This document shows positions 1 to 11,927 of a stretch of DNA of 64,000 nucleotides, one piece after another (position 1 is the first letter of the stretch; each line of letters begins with the position of its first letter). Source of the DNA: Psammoneis japonica (Eukaryota). Where the stretch lies: contig QPGO01000044.1 in NCBI GenBank assembly GCA_008632985.1, positions 124,001 to 188,000 of the forward strand, given 5' to 3'. Made by a program: the position numbers and the translations under genes. The notes beneath the pieces were generated by a model, which saw nothing but the letters and a program-made list of their open reading frames with translations, had not been told where the DNA came from and did not search any database.

Positions 1-600
1 CTGCATCCCCGGTGTGTTGGTGAGCACTGCCCATGCTGGACATTGGCAGATCAAGTCCCTGGGTGCTCAGGTCTGTTTGATGCCTGCTCCTTCAGTTCCC
101 AATGATTTTTTGGCTGTGTTGAAATCTCTCCCCAGATGGGAGTCATTGCTGTTTGATGACTTGACTTTGCACCTGTTGGCGTTTGAGATTGCAGACTTGC
201 TGGTTCATCATCGGGCCTCAGTGGGTGGCGATGGATTGGCTCTGAATTTTTGGGGCACATTTGGTTGGACACTCACAGTTGATGGGAATCCATTGGTTGA
301 TTGTGCTGGACTGATGTTTGGTTTTCACCCATTGTCTCATTGCGCTGAAGTGCACAGACTTTTGTCCTTTCTCTGTTTCCTGTTTTGATTGATGGAGTGT
401 TGTTGCAGAACATTTGCCAAAGGTGCAGACATGCATGGTGACAACTCATCACCAGTTCGCAATGTCTCCAATTTTCAGGTGTCACGTTCATCAGAGGCCC
501 GTTTCCATGAATTGTCTTGTGGTCTGACCAATGGACATTGTTGCAGATGGCGTTTGTGAGCACCCATACATGCATTTATTTGTGATTGAATTGTGGCCAT
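1..600 (+). pseudogene. Decayed non-LTR retrotransposon (LINE, diatom Ambal-like) fragment, RNase H N-terminal region
   Basis: ORF 14..388 contains GGDGLALNFWGTFGWTL...CAG..FG..PLSHCAEVH.LLSFL, resembling the SDGS...GTFGW...G...SYRAE.YG.LS motif of LINE RNase H with Y>H/C changes. Clade assigned from motif recall only. Confidence 0.6.
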
Positions 601-2960
601 TTAAAACACGAATCACACCAATTTGCCACAAACAACAGTCGTGATTGAAAACAAACAAATGTCACACCAACCAATGGATGGGCAGCTTGTCAAACAGTGT
701 GGGGAAAGCCACACAATGACAACATTTAAGTGGGTGGTCATTCATTGAGTGAATTCCTCTTGTGTGGCTTATGACTTTATAAGCTGCACAAGGGAAGTTT
801 GTGAGCTGCATGACGCAATGATTCAACAACCTGCTTTGTGCAGCTCACAACTTTATGAGCTGCAAAGGGGAGTTCACAAGCTGCACAAAGCAATGCATTG
901 TGTGCTGCATGATGACAATCGATCAATTGCTCAACTCTTTGTTTGCCACAGCGACATGCACGCAATTTTTTTTTTGGCATGCAGCAAAACGTGGCCACCA
1001 TCAACAACACAAAAATGGAACGTCACCGTTCCAAGTCATTGCAACAGATGGCACCCCCATGCCATGCAGGGTGATCGTCAATGCGGCAAGGTGCATTGTG
1101 ACAGCTTGGTTTGGTTTGTTGTTGCCTTGGCGTTGTTTTTTCACGTCTCATCTTACCTGCTGTCGTGTCGGCATTTCTTGCATGACAACAGGTGCGACCA
1201 ACCAACATTGACAGAAATGGCATCATCATTTTCAGCATCTCACTGGCAGAATCTGGTGGGATGGCAAACAAATTGGTGAGAATGCAACACAGTGCTGTTG
1301 TTCTGTTGCATCAGAGTGTCCTTTTTCCCATTTCACATTCCCTCAGCTTGCTCTTGCTCTTTGTGCTGCTGTTTTTTTTTCTTTTCAGTGCAAAACAACC
1401 ATCTTTTGCGGTGTTGGCAACATGAGCATCAGCAATGTCATGGACATCATGGACATCTCCATGCTTGCGTTCAGCTCCGATGATGCATCCATGGAGGAAG
1501 CCAATTTGGAGTCCGGCGTTGCTCCCTTGGCCTCCAGACAATTGAAGCACCCAAGAAATTGCAAAATAAAAAAAGAGTGAGCAAAGATGATGCCCTTCCT
1601 CAAAACAACACAGGAAAAGACCACATGACGGCTGCAACAGCCAATGCCAGATTTTGCCACCAAACCTTTTCCCACCAACAATGCCAATGCATTGCATGCC
1701 ACATTTTGCTCTGACAAGCACACCCATGAAAAGAGACAGGTGACGATGTTCAAGTCCCAGGTGACGCACAAAAGGACAATCAATTTTGAACACAAATTGT
1801 GCATCTGTCGTGTGTGGAGCAATTGCATGTAAAACACTTAAAGGGAGGAGTTTTTGCAGATGTTTAGAGTGTGAACATTTAATTGGTTTTTTCATTGGCA
1901 TGCAAGTCCTCATGGGACATGTGTCACAAACTCCCTCAGTGGACTCAATGCTGATTTCAAGATTGTGTGCCAGTGCATTGCATGCAGAGATTTGGATGTA
2001 GGAAGAACCCATGCCACAGAGCATTGTAGAAAAATTGTTCATGTTGACTTCAAAACAATGGCAACAATTTTGCCGAAAATCATCCGTTGTGTTGCGATTC
2101 CATTTGTTGCAACAAATGACATGGATTGCACAAAAACAATGACATCGCAACACTCACATGAGTCTTGTCAGTGTTGCAAAACATTTGCATTTGGATGAAT
2201 CCATGCTTTTGGTGGTGACAGCTTGATCGCAAGTTGGGGACCGTGTGAACATCGTGCAAATGTTGTTTTTGTGCACGATTTGGTTCACGTGTGGCTGGAA
2301 CACATCAGGTGAAACAAAGTCCAAAAATGGGTGAAAACTCCTTTTGTGATTTTGTTGTCATCCACAATCTTGAATCTCACAACTTCAACAGCTGATGCTG
2401 CTTTGCCACCAATTTTTTCCCTCCAACAATGCTGACACATGACATGCTTCATTGCACTCAAAAAAGTGCACACATGAGAAAAGAGAGATGAGAGAGAAAA
2501 AGCCCGAAAATGGACAAACACCCCTTCTGAGATTTTTTGCTGATGTTCAGGCTCTTTTCTCAAAACTGTCACATTTCAATTTGTTTGTTCTTGACAGATT
2601 GAAGAGTGTGGAATCTGTCATTCAGACAATGAAGACTTTTCATGCAAATGTCGTTTTTGTGCATGTGCTTTGGTTCGTGCGCAGCTGGAACATGTCAAAA
2701 GGGGAGACAAGGGGCAACTCAAGGGCGCGGAGCATTCATTGTGGCAATCTGCAATCTGCCACTTTTGGAAAAGTCAGGGAACATCTGGCAAATGAGGTCG
2801 TTTTTGTCTCTGAACATTTGGGTGACTGCATGGGTTGCTCGCTGGCTGCAGCGGCACCCACGCAACTTCTTCTTGCAAAGATGTTCATGTGGCTTGGGTT
2901 CCCTCCACCTCTGAACATCAAGACAGCCAACTGAAGCCAAGGGAGGTTGCTCTCTGGCGA

Positions 2961-3122
2961 GGCATTGATTGAAACTTCCAAGGAAGGGAGTGTCTTTCAA
3001 TGCTGTGAGCCCAAAATCTTAGCCACAGCAGGGCTGCAGGTGAGGCATCGATTGAAACTTCCAAGGAAGAGAGTGTCTTTCAATGCTGTGAGCCCAAAAT
3101 CTCAGCCACAACAGGGCTGCAC
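2961..3122. repeat. Tandem duplication, ~83-bp unit x2
   Basis: ggcat(t/c)gattgaaacttccaaggaag(g/a)gagtgtctttcaatgctgtgagcccaaaatct(t/c)agccaca(g/a)cagggctgca occurs at ~2961 and ~3044. Confidence 0.85.
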
Positions 3123-3149
3123 TGCCCTCAAAAGCTGGTGCATGTGGGT

Positions 3150-3500
3150 TGACTGCTCTTGGCATCATGACTGCCACCACCACTGTCAGTTTGACTGCCA
3201 CCATTGCAACTGCTGCCATTGAAACTGGCGCTGTTGTGACTGCTGCCATTTCAACCATTGCTGTTGTGACTGCTGCTGTTTGCCGCTGGCGCCATTGCGG
3301 CTGCTGCCATTTGGACTGCACTGCAACTGCTGCCACTGCTGCAGCCACTGCTGTTGCAACTGCCACTGTGGCAGCCACCATTGTTGGAATTGTGGTTGTT
3401 GCAACAGCCATCATTGTGGCTGCTGGTGCCATTTGGACTTCTGTTGTTGTGACCACTGTTGTCACAGGGCTGGCTGTGAGGAGCTGCAACTGCACCACTG
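3150..3500 (-). repeat. Low-complexity triplet region, probably a decayed Gly/Asn/Ser/(Tyr)-rich coding tract
   Basis: Minus-strand reading DNSGHNNRSPNGTSSHNDGCCNNHNSNNGGCHSGSCNSSGCSSG looks like a G/N/S/Y tract if C/H are read as former Y. Confidence 0.45.
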
Positions 3501-4293
3501 TTTAGACTGTCAAAACGCTCTGCCCACACCAGGTGAAAAATTGCCAACAAATGATGCCCGTTGGTTCGAACAAAATGTCGCGCACCTCCAACAAATGTCT
3601 GTGGGTTCGAATCCAGGGACGTGCATCCAATCAGCATGGTGAAATGAATTCAAGAAGTTTGCACCCACACAAAATGTTCAAGTGGCTGTCTAAAGTGCAG
3701 CTTCTACAATGTAAGAATGCTCAAGTTGGACAACAACAAAATTGTGATCATGGGTTTTTATCTGCCAAACCGCCATCAGCTCCAGCTTGCCGACCTTGGC
3801 ACAGCTCACCGTGTGGGGCCTCCCCCTTGTCACCCAAGTCGTGATCCCCCCCGCTTGCTTTCCATGGCTGCCTGAAATCATTCTGTGCAAATCTTCCCAT
3901 CAACCAAGTTGCTCACTCATGATGTTGCATTTGATCTCCATGACCGGCTCCTTGAAGAACTTGGCTCTCAGCAACCATCCCCTCCCTTGCTCTTCCTTGG
4001 TGCCCTGCATCGTCTCCTCCTGTGCCCTCCTTTGCCAGGCGTGAGTTGCTTGGCACAAAGCACTTGAGCCATTTTGCACACTTTCTCTTCTTTGCAACAG
4101 CCTCCTTTTGCATGAGCCCCTTGTTGGCGATGCTCTCAAGCTCGCTCGCAACACCCATCAGAGATGAGAGTCCCTCTCTCGTCTTGTCCCGCCCCTGTGT
4201 CATTGGAAACAGCCATGCTGCTGGTGTGAGTTTTGAATCTTGAGCAACATCAATTCTCCAACAAAACTTGTGGCAAAGCTTGTCTTTGTGCAG

Positions 4294-4569
4294 TGACAGG
4301 ATTTGAACAGGATTTGGGTGCGCGCAAAGCATCGCGCGCTGTTTAGTTTACCGCGCACAGTTTTGTGTGCTTTAGTTCCGCGCGTTCACGCGCGATGTAG
4401 TTTGCTTTCGAGCCACAAGGCTCACAAGGACAATAACAGCAGCCCGATTGTGCCAACTTACACGTCTTTCGGCTCCTGCAACGGTCTCTGAGCGGAGACT
4501 CATCTGCTGTTTAGACAGCAGCAAGGAGTCATTGTTTGAATTCTTGCCATTTGCCTTCAATTTCTGTCA
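4294..4569 (+). repeat. 5' LTR
   Basis: Direct repeat of 11087-11362 with TG...CA ends; 15 mismatches by manual alignment, no indels. Confidence 0.97.
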
Positions 4570-5508
4570 GATTGACAGTCTTGCTCATTGTCAACCCATT
4601 GAGCAACCGCCATCGTCGTCGTTGATTTACCAACGACGCCACCTTCAATCCCACGTGGACCTCCATGTGTGTTCTACATACATCGGCAAGTCTACGCGCA
4701 TTCAATGCCAGGGCATCGGCAGGAAGTTAACGTCACCGTCAAGTCTCCTTGCCGCTGGACATCTGGATTGATTGTGCTGCCTTTGATCGCTGAAGACATG
4801 TGTTCAACGGTCACATCCAAGTCTGTCCTTGATCAACATCCCTTGACACACCTGTTCCTTGGTTAACGGTCAAGAACCCCGCACATTCAAGGATCTTAGT
4901 CGCTGAAGACACACGCATGTGCACATGTCTTCACGGCCAAGAACCTTTACCCACTCTTAGGACCACGGTTTTGCTGCCACTCCACAAGCACACCGAGTCC
5001 ATTGCACCTGATCTGCCCGGACTGCTGGTGCTCTGCAGTTCCACCAGGTCCACGAGGACGACTGTGAGAGCAAGTGGCCGTGATTGCAGCCTGCGTTGGG
5101 GCGAGGGTGCTTTCCCGCGTTTGTTCGTTCGTCCACAGCGCCTGACGCCTGCGTCAACTGGCCAGCCTGATCGGGAAATCCAACCGACATAAAACAAGAA
5201 CGGTTCGGGGGTCTTGTCCACCTCCAGTCAGCTCACCTGCAGGGGTTTACAACCCGCTGCTCCGCTCGCAAGCAACCCAAAGCGCCGCTGGCTGTGGGTT
5301 CGGACGTGCCTGCACAACTCTACGGACCGGATAGGAAGTTTAGCACTTGACAACGAACGGGACAGCAAAGCCCGGCGACTTCTGATTTTAAGACAGTTCA
5401 AGATTTCAAGTCAAGTCTGTTTCAAGTCAAGTCCATTCTCACCCAAGTTTCGAGTCTGCCTTCGCTTCCCAACCAGAATTGATTGTCCTGACACCACTTT
5501 TGTCTGCC

Positions 5509-8500
5509 ATGGTTCTCACTCGTCAGCAACAAACCGATGGTTTCGAGCACGTTGTTGGAACCGTGCGTGCCCAAGGTGCTGGGAGTCCTCTTCGTTTGGC
5601 TTTGGCCCAAGACGGCACGGACTCGCATCAGGAACCATTCACGTTCACACCGTCCCAAATCGACTCGCTTGAGTGCGACAACGGCACTAATGTGATCCCT
5701 TTGCCCCGTGGTTATAAGAACATGTTAGCAGCACTGGTTGGTCTGTACATTGTCAAAGCACACAAAGGTCTTGACGTTGCCAACGACTCCTCTTTGTTCA
5801 CGCATGACGAGTTCCTTGCCTGCCGCCTCAGCCCCGACTGCATGTCTTCTGTGTCCATCGGCAGCTCACCCCTTGCACCTCCGCATGTCACCAACCCAAC
5901 CAAGGCACGCGACCCGGTGCGGGACTTCAAGTGAGGCATCAAGCGTGATCCCACCGCTTTCACGGCTCTCAAATCCGACAAGCAGTGGCACACTTGGCAC
6001 ACCTCACTTGTGGCACAAGCCCGTGCCCAAGACGTCAAGTGCATTCTAGACTCGTCGTACAAACCGACCAGCCCCGAAGACAAACTGCTCTTTGCTGAAC
6101 AGCAAAAGCACATGTTCGCCGTCTTTGAACGCATCCTTCTCACTGACAAGGGCAAGGCTCTCATTCGCGAAAATGTGGGGTCTTCTGACGCACAGACCGT
6201 CCACCGCGCCTTGTCTGAGTGCGCGCTTGCCTCCACCCGCGCATCTGTCGAGTCCTCCACCCTGCTCACGCACCTTGCCACCGCACGTCTTGGTGATGGC
6301 ACTTGGAAAGGTCCGACCCACGGGTTCATCCTTCATTGGCAAGATCAGTTGCGCAAGTGCGAGGCACTCATCCCGGCCAGTGACCACTTCTCTGAAGGAC
6401 AGAAGCGCGTCATGCTCGAGAATGCCGTGCACCCTGTCAAGGAACTCCGTGCTGTCAAGAACCAAGCTGATCAGCATCGCACGCAGAGTGGCAAGAGCCT
6501 CACACACGATCAATGCTGTGGCTTGCTCCTCTCCGCAGCAGCTCAGTACGACAGCACTTTTCAACCCAAGACGACACCTCGAGCTCCCCGATGCGCCACA
6601 CACGCACACGACGTCTGCTCCGAGGAACCGTCCGACGATGTGTTCTACGACATTGACAGCAACATTGACGTCCTTCAGGCCAATGCTGCCTGCACCCGCG
6701 GTCCCAGCCTCACCGGTGACCAATGGAGACGTCTCCCTCCCGACCACCAACGGATCTGGGATTCGTTGCCCGATTCCTCCAAGGCGATCATCCTTGAGCA
6801 TTCTCGTCTGCCTCCCCGCAACCCGCGAGCCAGTGACTGCCATGAGTCTGTTACGGCCAACCTTCACGACCAACGCCTTGGGAGTGACGGTGATGTCAAC
6901 TTGTCCAACACGACTCCTGCTGACTCTGGTGACTCCGCTCCAAATGTGGACGCCACTTCGGATGATCCCATCCTGGCGCACCTCACCAAGCGCAAGCCAC
7001 TGCCACCCGGTGATCTGCAACGTCTGTTGTCTCCTAACCAAGCCCCCAATGCCAGTCGACCGGGGCCATCCGCCGCTTCCTCTACCCCGCCAGCTTCTGC
7101 AGATGACACAGAACTTAACGGCCGCACTCACCGCCGCGTTGACAACCACAATGTCATTTGCTCTGCCTCTGCTCATCGCTCCACACGCACTGGTGCTCTA
7201 GTCGATCGTGGGGCCAACGGCGGCATTGCTGGCGACGACGTTTTCGTCATTGCACGCACCTCTCGCCAAGTCGATGTTCAGGGCATTGACGATCATCAAT
7301 TGGTGGACATTCCTGTTGTCACCGCTGGTGCCGTCATTGAGACCCAGCGTGGTCCCGTCATCGCCATCCTCCATCAGTGTGCATGCACGGGCAAGGGCAA
7401 GACCATCCATTCCTGCGGCCAGCTCGAATGGCACAAACAGGATGTCAACGATCGCTCTGTCAAGGTGCCCAACGGCTTGCAACGCATTGCCACTCCTGAT
7501 GGCTGTGTCATCCCCATTGACATCAAGGCCGGCCTGCCTTGTGTTGCCATGCGACCTTACACTGACGCCGAATGGGGACACATGGGACCCTTCCGTCCTC
7601 GATCACTCTGTCACTGATGACAACCAGTGGTGCAACGCGATCTCTGACCCACAGGACGATCCCACTGCCAACCTGTTTGACGAACACGGCAACTGCCGTC
7701 ATCGTGTCATTGTCAACGAGACCATCATGTCCGCTTCCTTGTCTGCCGATCACGCGTCCGCCCTCGATGATCACCTCATTCCGAACAACGACGTGTTCTG
7801 CGAGTGTCATCCACATGCGATTGACCCCAAGGGCGATGACGTTCCGCCTCCGGAGCGCACTGTGCAGCCCAAGGACCCCCCCTTCGAGTCTCTTCGGCCT
7901 TGCTTTGGCTTCCTACCTGCCGATGCGGTCCGTTGTGCTTTTGACTGCACCACGCCCGCATGCCCGCCGGTGCACACCTTAGGAAGGCCTGCAAATCACC
8001 CAACCCCGCCCTCAATGTGCACCGCCGCAACGAGCCTGTCGCCACTGACACCGTTTGTGCCGACACCCCGGCCGTCAACTCTGGTTGCACCAGCGCCCAA
8101 CTGTTTGTTGGCACCGAGTCTACCGTCACTGACGTCTGCGGCACTAAGACGGACAAAGAGTTTGTCAACACACTCGAGGATCAGATCCGTGAACGTGGTG
8201 CCCCATCCAAACTCATTAGCGACCGTGCTCAAGTTGAGATCAGCAACAAAGTGCTCGGGATCCTGCGCGCCCTCTTCATCTCCAGCTGGCAAAGTGAGCC
8301 TCACCAGCAACACCAAAACTTTACCGAGCGTCGACACCAGCCCGTGAAGCGCATGGCAAACACTGTCATGGATCGTTTTGGTTCGCCCGCCCACACATGG
8401 CTGCTGGCGCTCATGCACGTGTGCTTCACACTCAACCATGCAGCGTCCCCACGTCTCCACTGGCGCACGCCCCTCGAGACTCTCACTGGCTCCACCCCGG

Positions 8501-11139
8501 ACATCAGCCCATTGCTTCGCTTTCACTGGTGGGAACCCGTGCACTTCCACCTCGATGACTCCGATTGGCCGCCCGAATCCCGTGAGTTGTGTGGACGCTT
8601 CGTTGGCATTGCTGAGCACGTCGGCCACCAGATGACCTTCAAGATTCTATCTGACGAGACTCAGAAGATCCTCCACCGGTCCAACGTCCGCTCCGCTGCC
8701 ACCGATCCTGCTGTTCGAAACCTGCGTCTTGATCCTCCTGATGGGGAGCCACCTGAACCCATCATCAAATCTTGCCATGACGACAACCCCGTCGATTCTC
8801 CTGATGGGGAGATCAGGACACCCAAGATGCCAGTTTTCGATCCGCAAGACATCATTGGACGTACCTTCCTCATGCAGCCACAAGAGGACGGACAACGCCA
8901 CAGAGCTCGCATCGTCAAGGCCGTTGAAGACCACGAATGGAAAGTGAACGGCAATCCCGAGCTCACTAAGTTCGTCTGCTCTGTCAACAATGACGAATAC
9001 GAGGAAGTCCTTGCCTGCAATGACATTATGAATCACATTGAGCAAGAAGACAAAGACACTGCCATTTGGAAATTTCGACGCATCGTGTCACACGAAGGAC
9101 CTCTGAAGCCTCACGACCCAACCTGGAAAGGCTCAAGCTGCAACATCATGCTTGAATGGGAAAGTGGGGAGATCACGTCCGAGCCTCTTGCCATCATTGC
9201 CAAGGACGACCCCGTCACCTGTGCCATCTACGCACGAGAGAACGGACTCCTCGACACGGATGGCTGGAAGCGGTTCCGCACCATCGCGAGGCGCCAAAAG
9301 AAGCTGTTTCGCATGGCCAACCAAGCCAAGCTTCGCTCCTTCCGCACTGCACCTTGCTGCAAGTACGGATGCGAAGTTCCCCGGAACTGCAAACACGCCA
9401 TGTCACTAGACGAACGCAACGGCAACCGCAAGTGGGGAGATGCAACTAATCTCGAGATGGACCAACTCGACGAATACGAAGTCTTCCATGACTGCGGGCC
9501 CTTCAAGTCTTCCACTCCTCCTGCGGGACACAAGAAGATCCGAGTGCACCTGGTGCACGACGTGAAACACGACGGTCGCCACAAGGCACGACTCGTAGCC
9601 GACGGGCACCTCACGGACGTGCCTGTCGACAGTGTCTACTCCGGAGCAGTCTCCCTCCGTGGCCTTCGGCTGATGATTTTCCTGGCCGAACTCAACGAGT
9701 TGGAGACATGGGCCACCGACATTGGCAATGCCCACCTTGAAGCCACCACCAAGGAGAAGCTTTACATTGTAGCCGGACCCAAATTTGGCAAACTCGAAGG
9801 ACACATCCTTGTAATCCACAAGGCACTGTATGGACTGCGCAGCTCCGGTCTCCGCTGGCACGAGCGCTTCGCCGACTGCCTGCGAGCTGAAGGCTTCTTC
9901 CCCTGCCGCGCCGAACCCGACATTTGGATGCGCAGGAACGGCGACCACTGTGAATGCATTGCCGTTTATGTGGATGACCTCGCCATTTCCATGAAGGACC
10001 CTCAATCTTTCGTCGACACTCTCACGGAAAAGTGCAAGTTCAAGCTCAAGGGTGCGGGACCCATTGAGTTCCATCTGGGTTGCAACTTTTCCCGGGATCC
10101 CGACGGAACCTTGTGCCTGTCTCCGCGCAAGTACATCGAGCGCATGGTCGACAGCTGCGCCCGACTGTCTGGGGAGAAACCCACCACCAATGCCCTGTCA
10201 CCTCTGGAGAAGGGTGACCACCCCGAACTGGACACTTCCGAACTGCTGGGACCCGATGGCATTCACAAGTTCCAGTCTCTTGTTGGTTCACTCCAATGGG
10301 CAGTGTCCCTTGGTCGAATTGACATTGCCACGGCCGTCATGTCACTCTCTAGCTTCCGAGCTGCGCCCCGTCAAGGCCACTTGGATCGTGCCAAACGCGT
10401 CTGTGGGCACCTCTCCAAGATGCAACACGGTGCTCTCCGCGTTCGCACGGAAGAGCCCGACCATTCGGATCTCCCTGCTCTGGCCCATGAGTGGATGCAT
10501 TCCGTGTGTGGCAAAGCAGAAGAGATGATCCCGAAGGACGCTCCACCGCCCCTTGGCAAGTTTGTCACTGCCACCCACTGCGTCAATGCAAACTTGCACC
10601 ATTGCATGCTCACCGGACGCTCTGTCATGGGAATGCTCCGCTTCCTCAACAAATTCCCGGCTGATTGGTTCTCTAAGAAGCAAGCCACCATGGAGACTGC
10701 GACCTGCGGGTCTGAATTTGTTGCCGCAAGGACTTGTGTTGAGCAGATTGTCGACCTGCGCATCACCCTGCGCTGCCTTGGCGTCCCGATCCGTGATGTT
10801 GGTCACATGTTCGGTGACAACAAGTCGGTTGTAGACAGTGCCACCATCCCGCACTCCAAGTTACACAAGCGACACACTGCACTGTCGTTCCACCGTGTGC
10901 GTGAGGCAATTGCCTCTGGTTGCCTTGAGCTCCACTTCATCGAAGGCTCCCGCAACCCTGCTGACATTCTCAGCAAGCATTGGGGTTGCTCCCAAATCTG
11001 GGACCTTCTCTGCCCCCTCATGTTCTGGAACTTCATTCCATCCGAAGTCGAATCTGTTTCTGTGACTCCTCAAGCAAACTGGGGAGTGACAGGATTTGAA
11101 CAGGATTTGGGTGCGCGCGAAGTGTCGCGCGCTGTTTAG
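5509..11139 (+). pseudogene. gag-pol polyprotein pseudogene (gag, protease, integrase, RT, RNase H)
   Basis: Gag FK*GIKRDP (TGA at 5932-5934, likely from CGA). Protease LVDRGANGG. Integrase VATDT...LISDRAQ...SEPHQQHQN..ER. RT HKARLVA, KALYGL, YVDD. RNase H SEFVAA, GDNKS, NPADILSK. Frame breaks near 7578 and 7950. Confidence 0.93.
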
Positions 11140-11362
11140 TTTGCCGCGCACAGTTTTGTGTGCTTTAGTTCCGCGCGTTCACGCGCGATGTAGTTTGCTT
11201 TCGAGCCACAAGGCTCACAAGGATGATGACAGTAGCCCGATTATGCCGACTTGCACGTCTTTCGGCTCCTGTGACGGTCTCTGAGCGGAGACTCATCTGC
11301 TGTTTAGACAGCAGTGAGGAGTCATTGTTTGAATTCTTGCCATTTGCCTTCAATTTCTGTCA
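11087..11362 (+). repeat. 3' LTR
   Basis: Copy of the 5' LTR, preceded by the PPT and followed by the TSD. Confidence 0.97.
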
Positions 11363-11927
11363 TGCAGCACACCTGTTTTGTCCGGTCATTTTGCGCCAAG
11401 CATCAGTGCGGCGCTCAGAAAAGCTTCTTCTTCGACACAAGAACTCTTGCCTTGATGATGTCTCTGCCAGACTTTTGATCATCAGCCATCCACTTGCTTG
11501 GATTGGTCTGTCTCTGAGGCACAGTTGCAACAATTCTTTGTTGGTTTTTGTGTCATGTGTTTGCCTGCACTTGCCATGGCCATGCACTGCTTTGCACACC
11601 GTCACAAGCCGGCCATCCCTTTTTTGTGTTGTCTCTTGAGTCTCAAAACTTGTCCTTGTGCAGCACACCTGTTTTGTTGCACAAAGTGTGAGTGTGATGC
11701 TCAGAAAAGCCTCTTCTTTGACACAATCTCTTACCTTGATGATGTCTCTGCCAGCCTTTTGATCATCAGCCATCCACTTGCTTGGACTGGTCTGTCTCTG
11801 AGGCACAGTTGCAACAATTCATTGTTGGTTTTTGTGTCATGTGTTTGCCTGCACTTGCCATGACCGCGCACTGCTTTGCACACCATCACAAGCTGGCCAT
11901 CCCTTTTTTGTGTTGTCTCTTGAGTCT
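11363..11927. repeat. Tandem duplication (~284-bp period); the copia is inserted in the first unit
   Basis: 11451-11643 matches 11735-11927. The empty site cttgtc(t/c)ttgtgcag|cacacctgttttg is intact at ~11649-11676 and split by the copia at 4293/11363. Confidence 0.85.

Larger units (their letters stand above)
4294..11362 (+). mobile_element. Full-length Ty1/copia LTR retrotransposon (CoDi-like), inactivated
   Basis: Two 276-bp LTRs with TGACAG...CTGTCA termini. 5-bp TSD TGCAG at 4289-4293 and 11363-11367. Purine tract GGGGAG at 11081-11086. Domain order gag-PR-IN-RT-RH. Confidence 0.97.

Noticed and set aside
4570..4590. Primer-binding site of the copia element
   Set aside because: No clear TGG-initiated tRNA complement is recognisable; it may be mutated or non-canonical.
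6046..8347. Long alternative-frame and antisense ORFs within the copia (376, 369 and 379 aa)
   Set aside because: Shadow ORFs from GC-rich codons and TA loss. Only the 7578-7950 part of 7208..8347 belongs to the frameshifted polyprotein.
5509..11139. Alternative genetic code or RNA-editing explanation for Tyr>Cys/His
   Set aside because: Neighbouring host genes use Tyr normally, non-coding LTRs carry the same changes, and both strands are affected.
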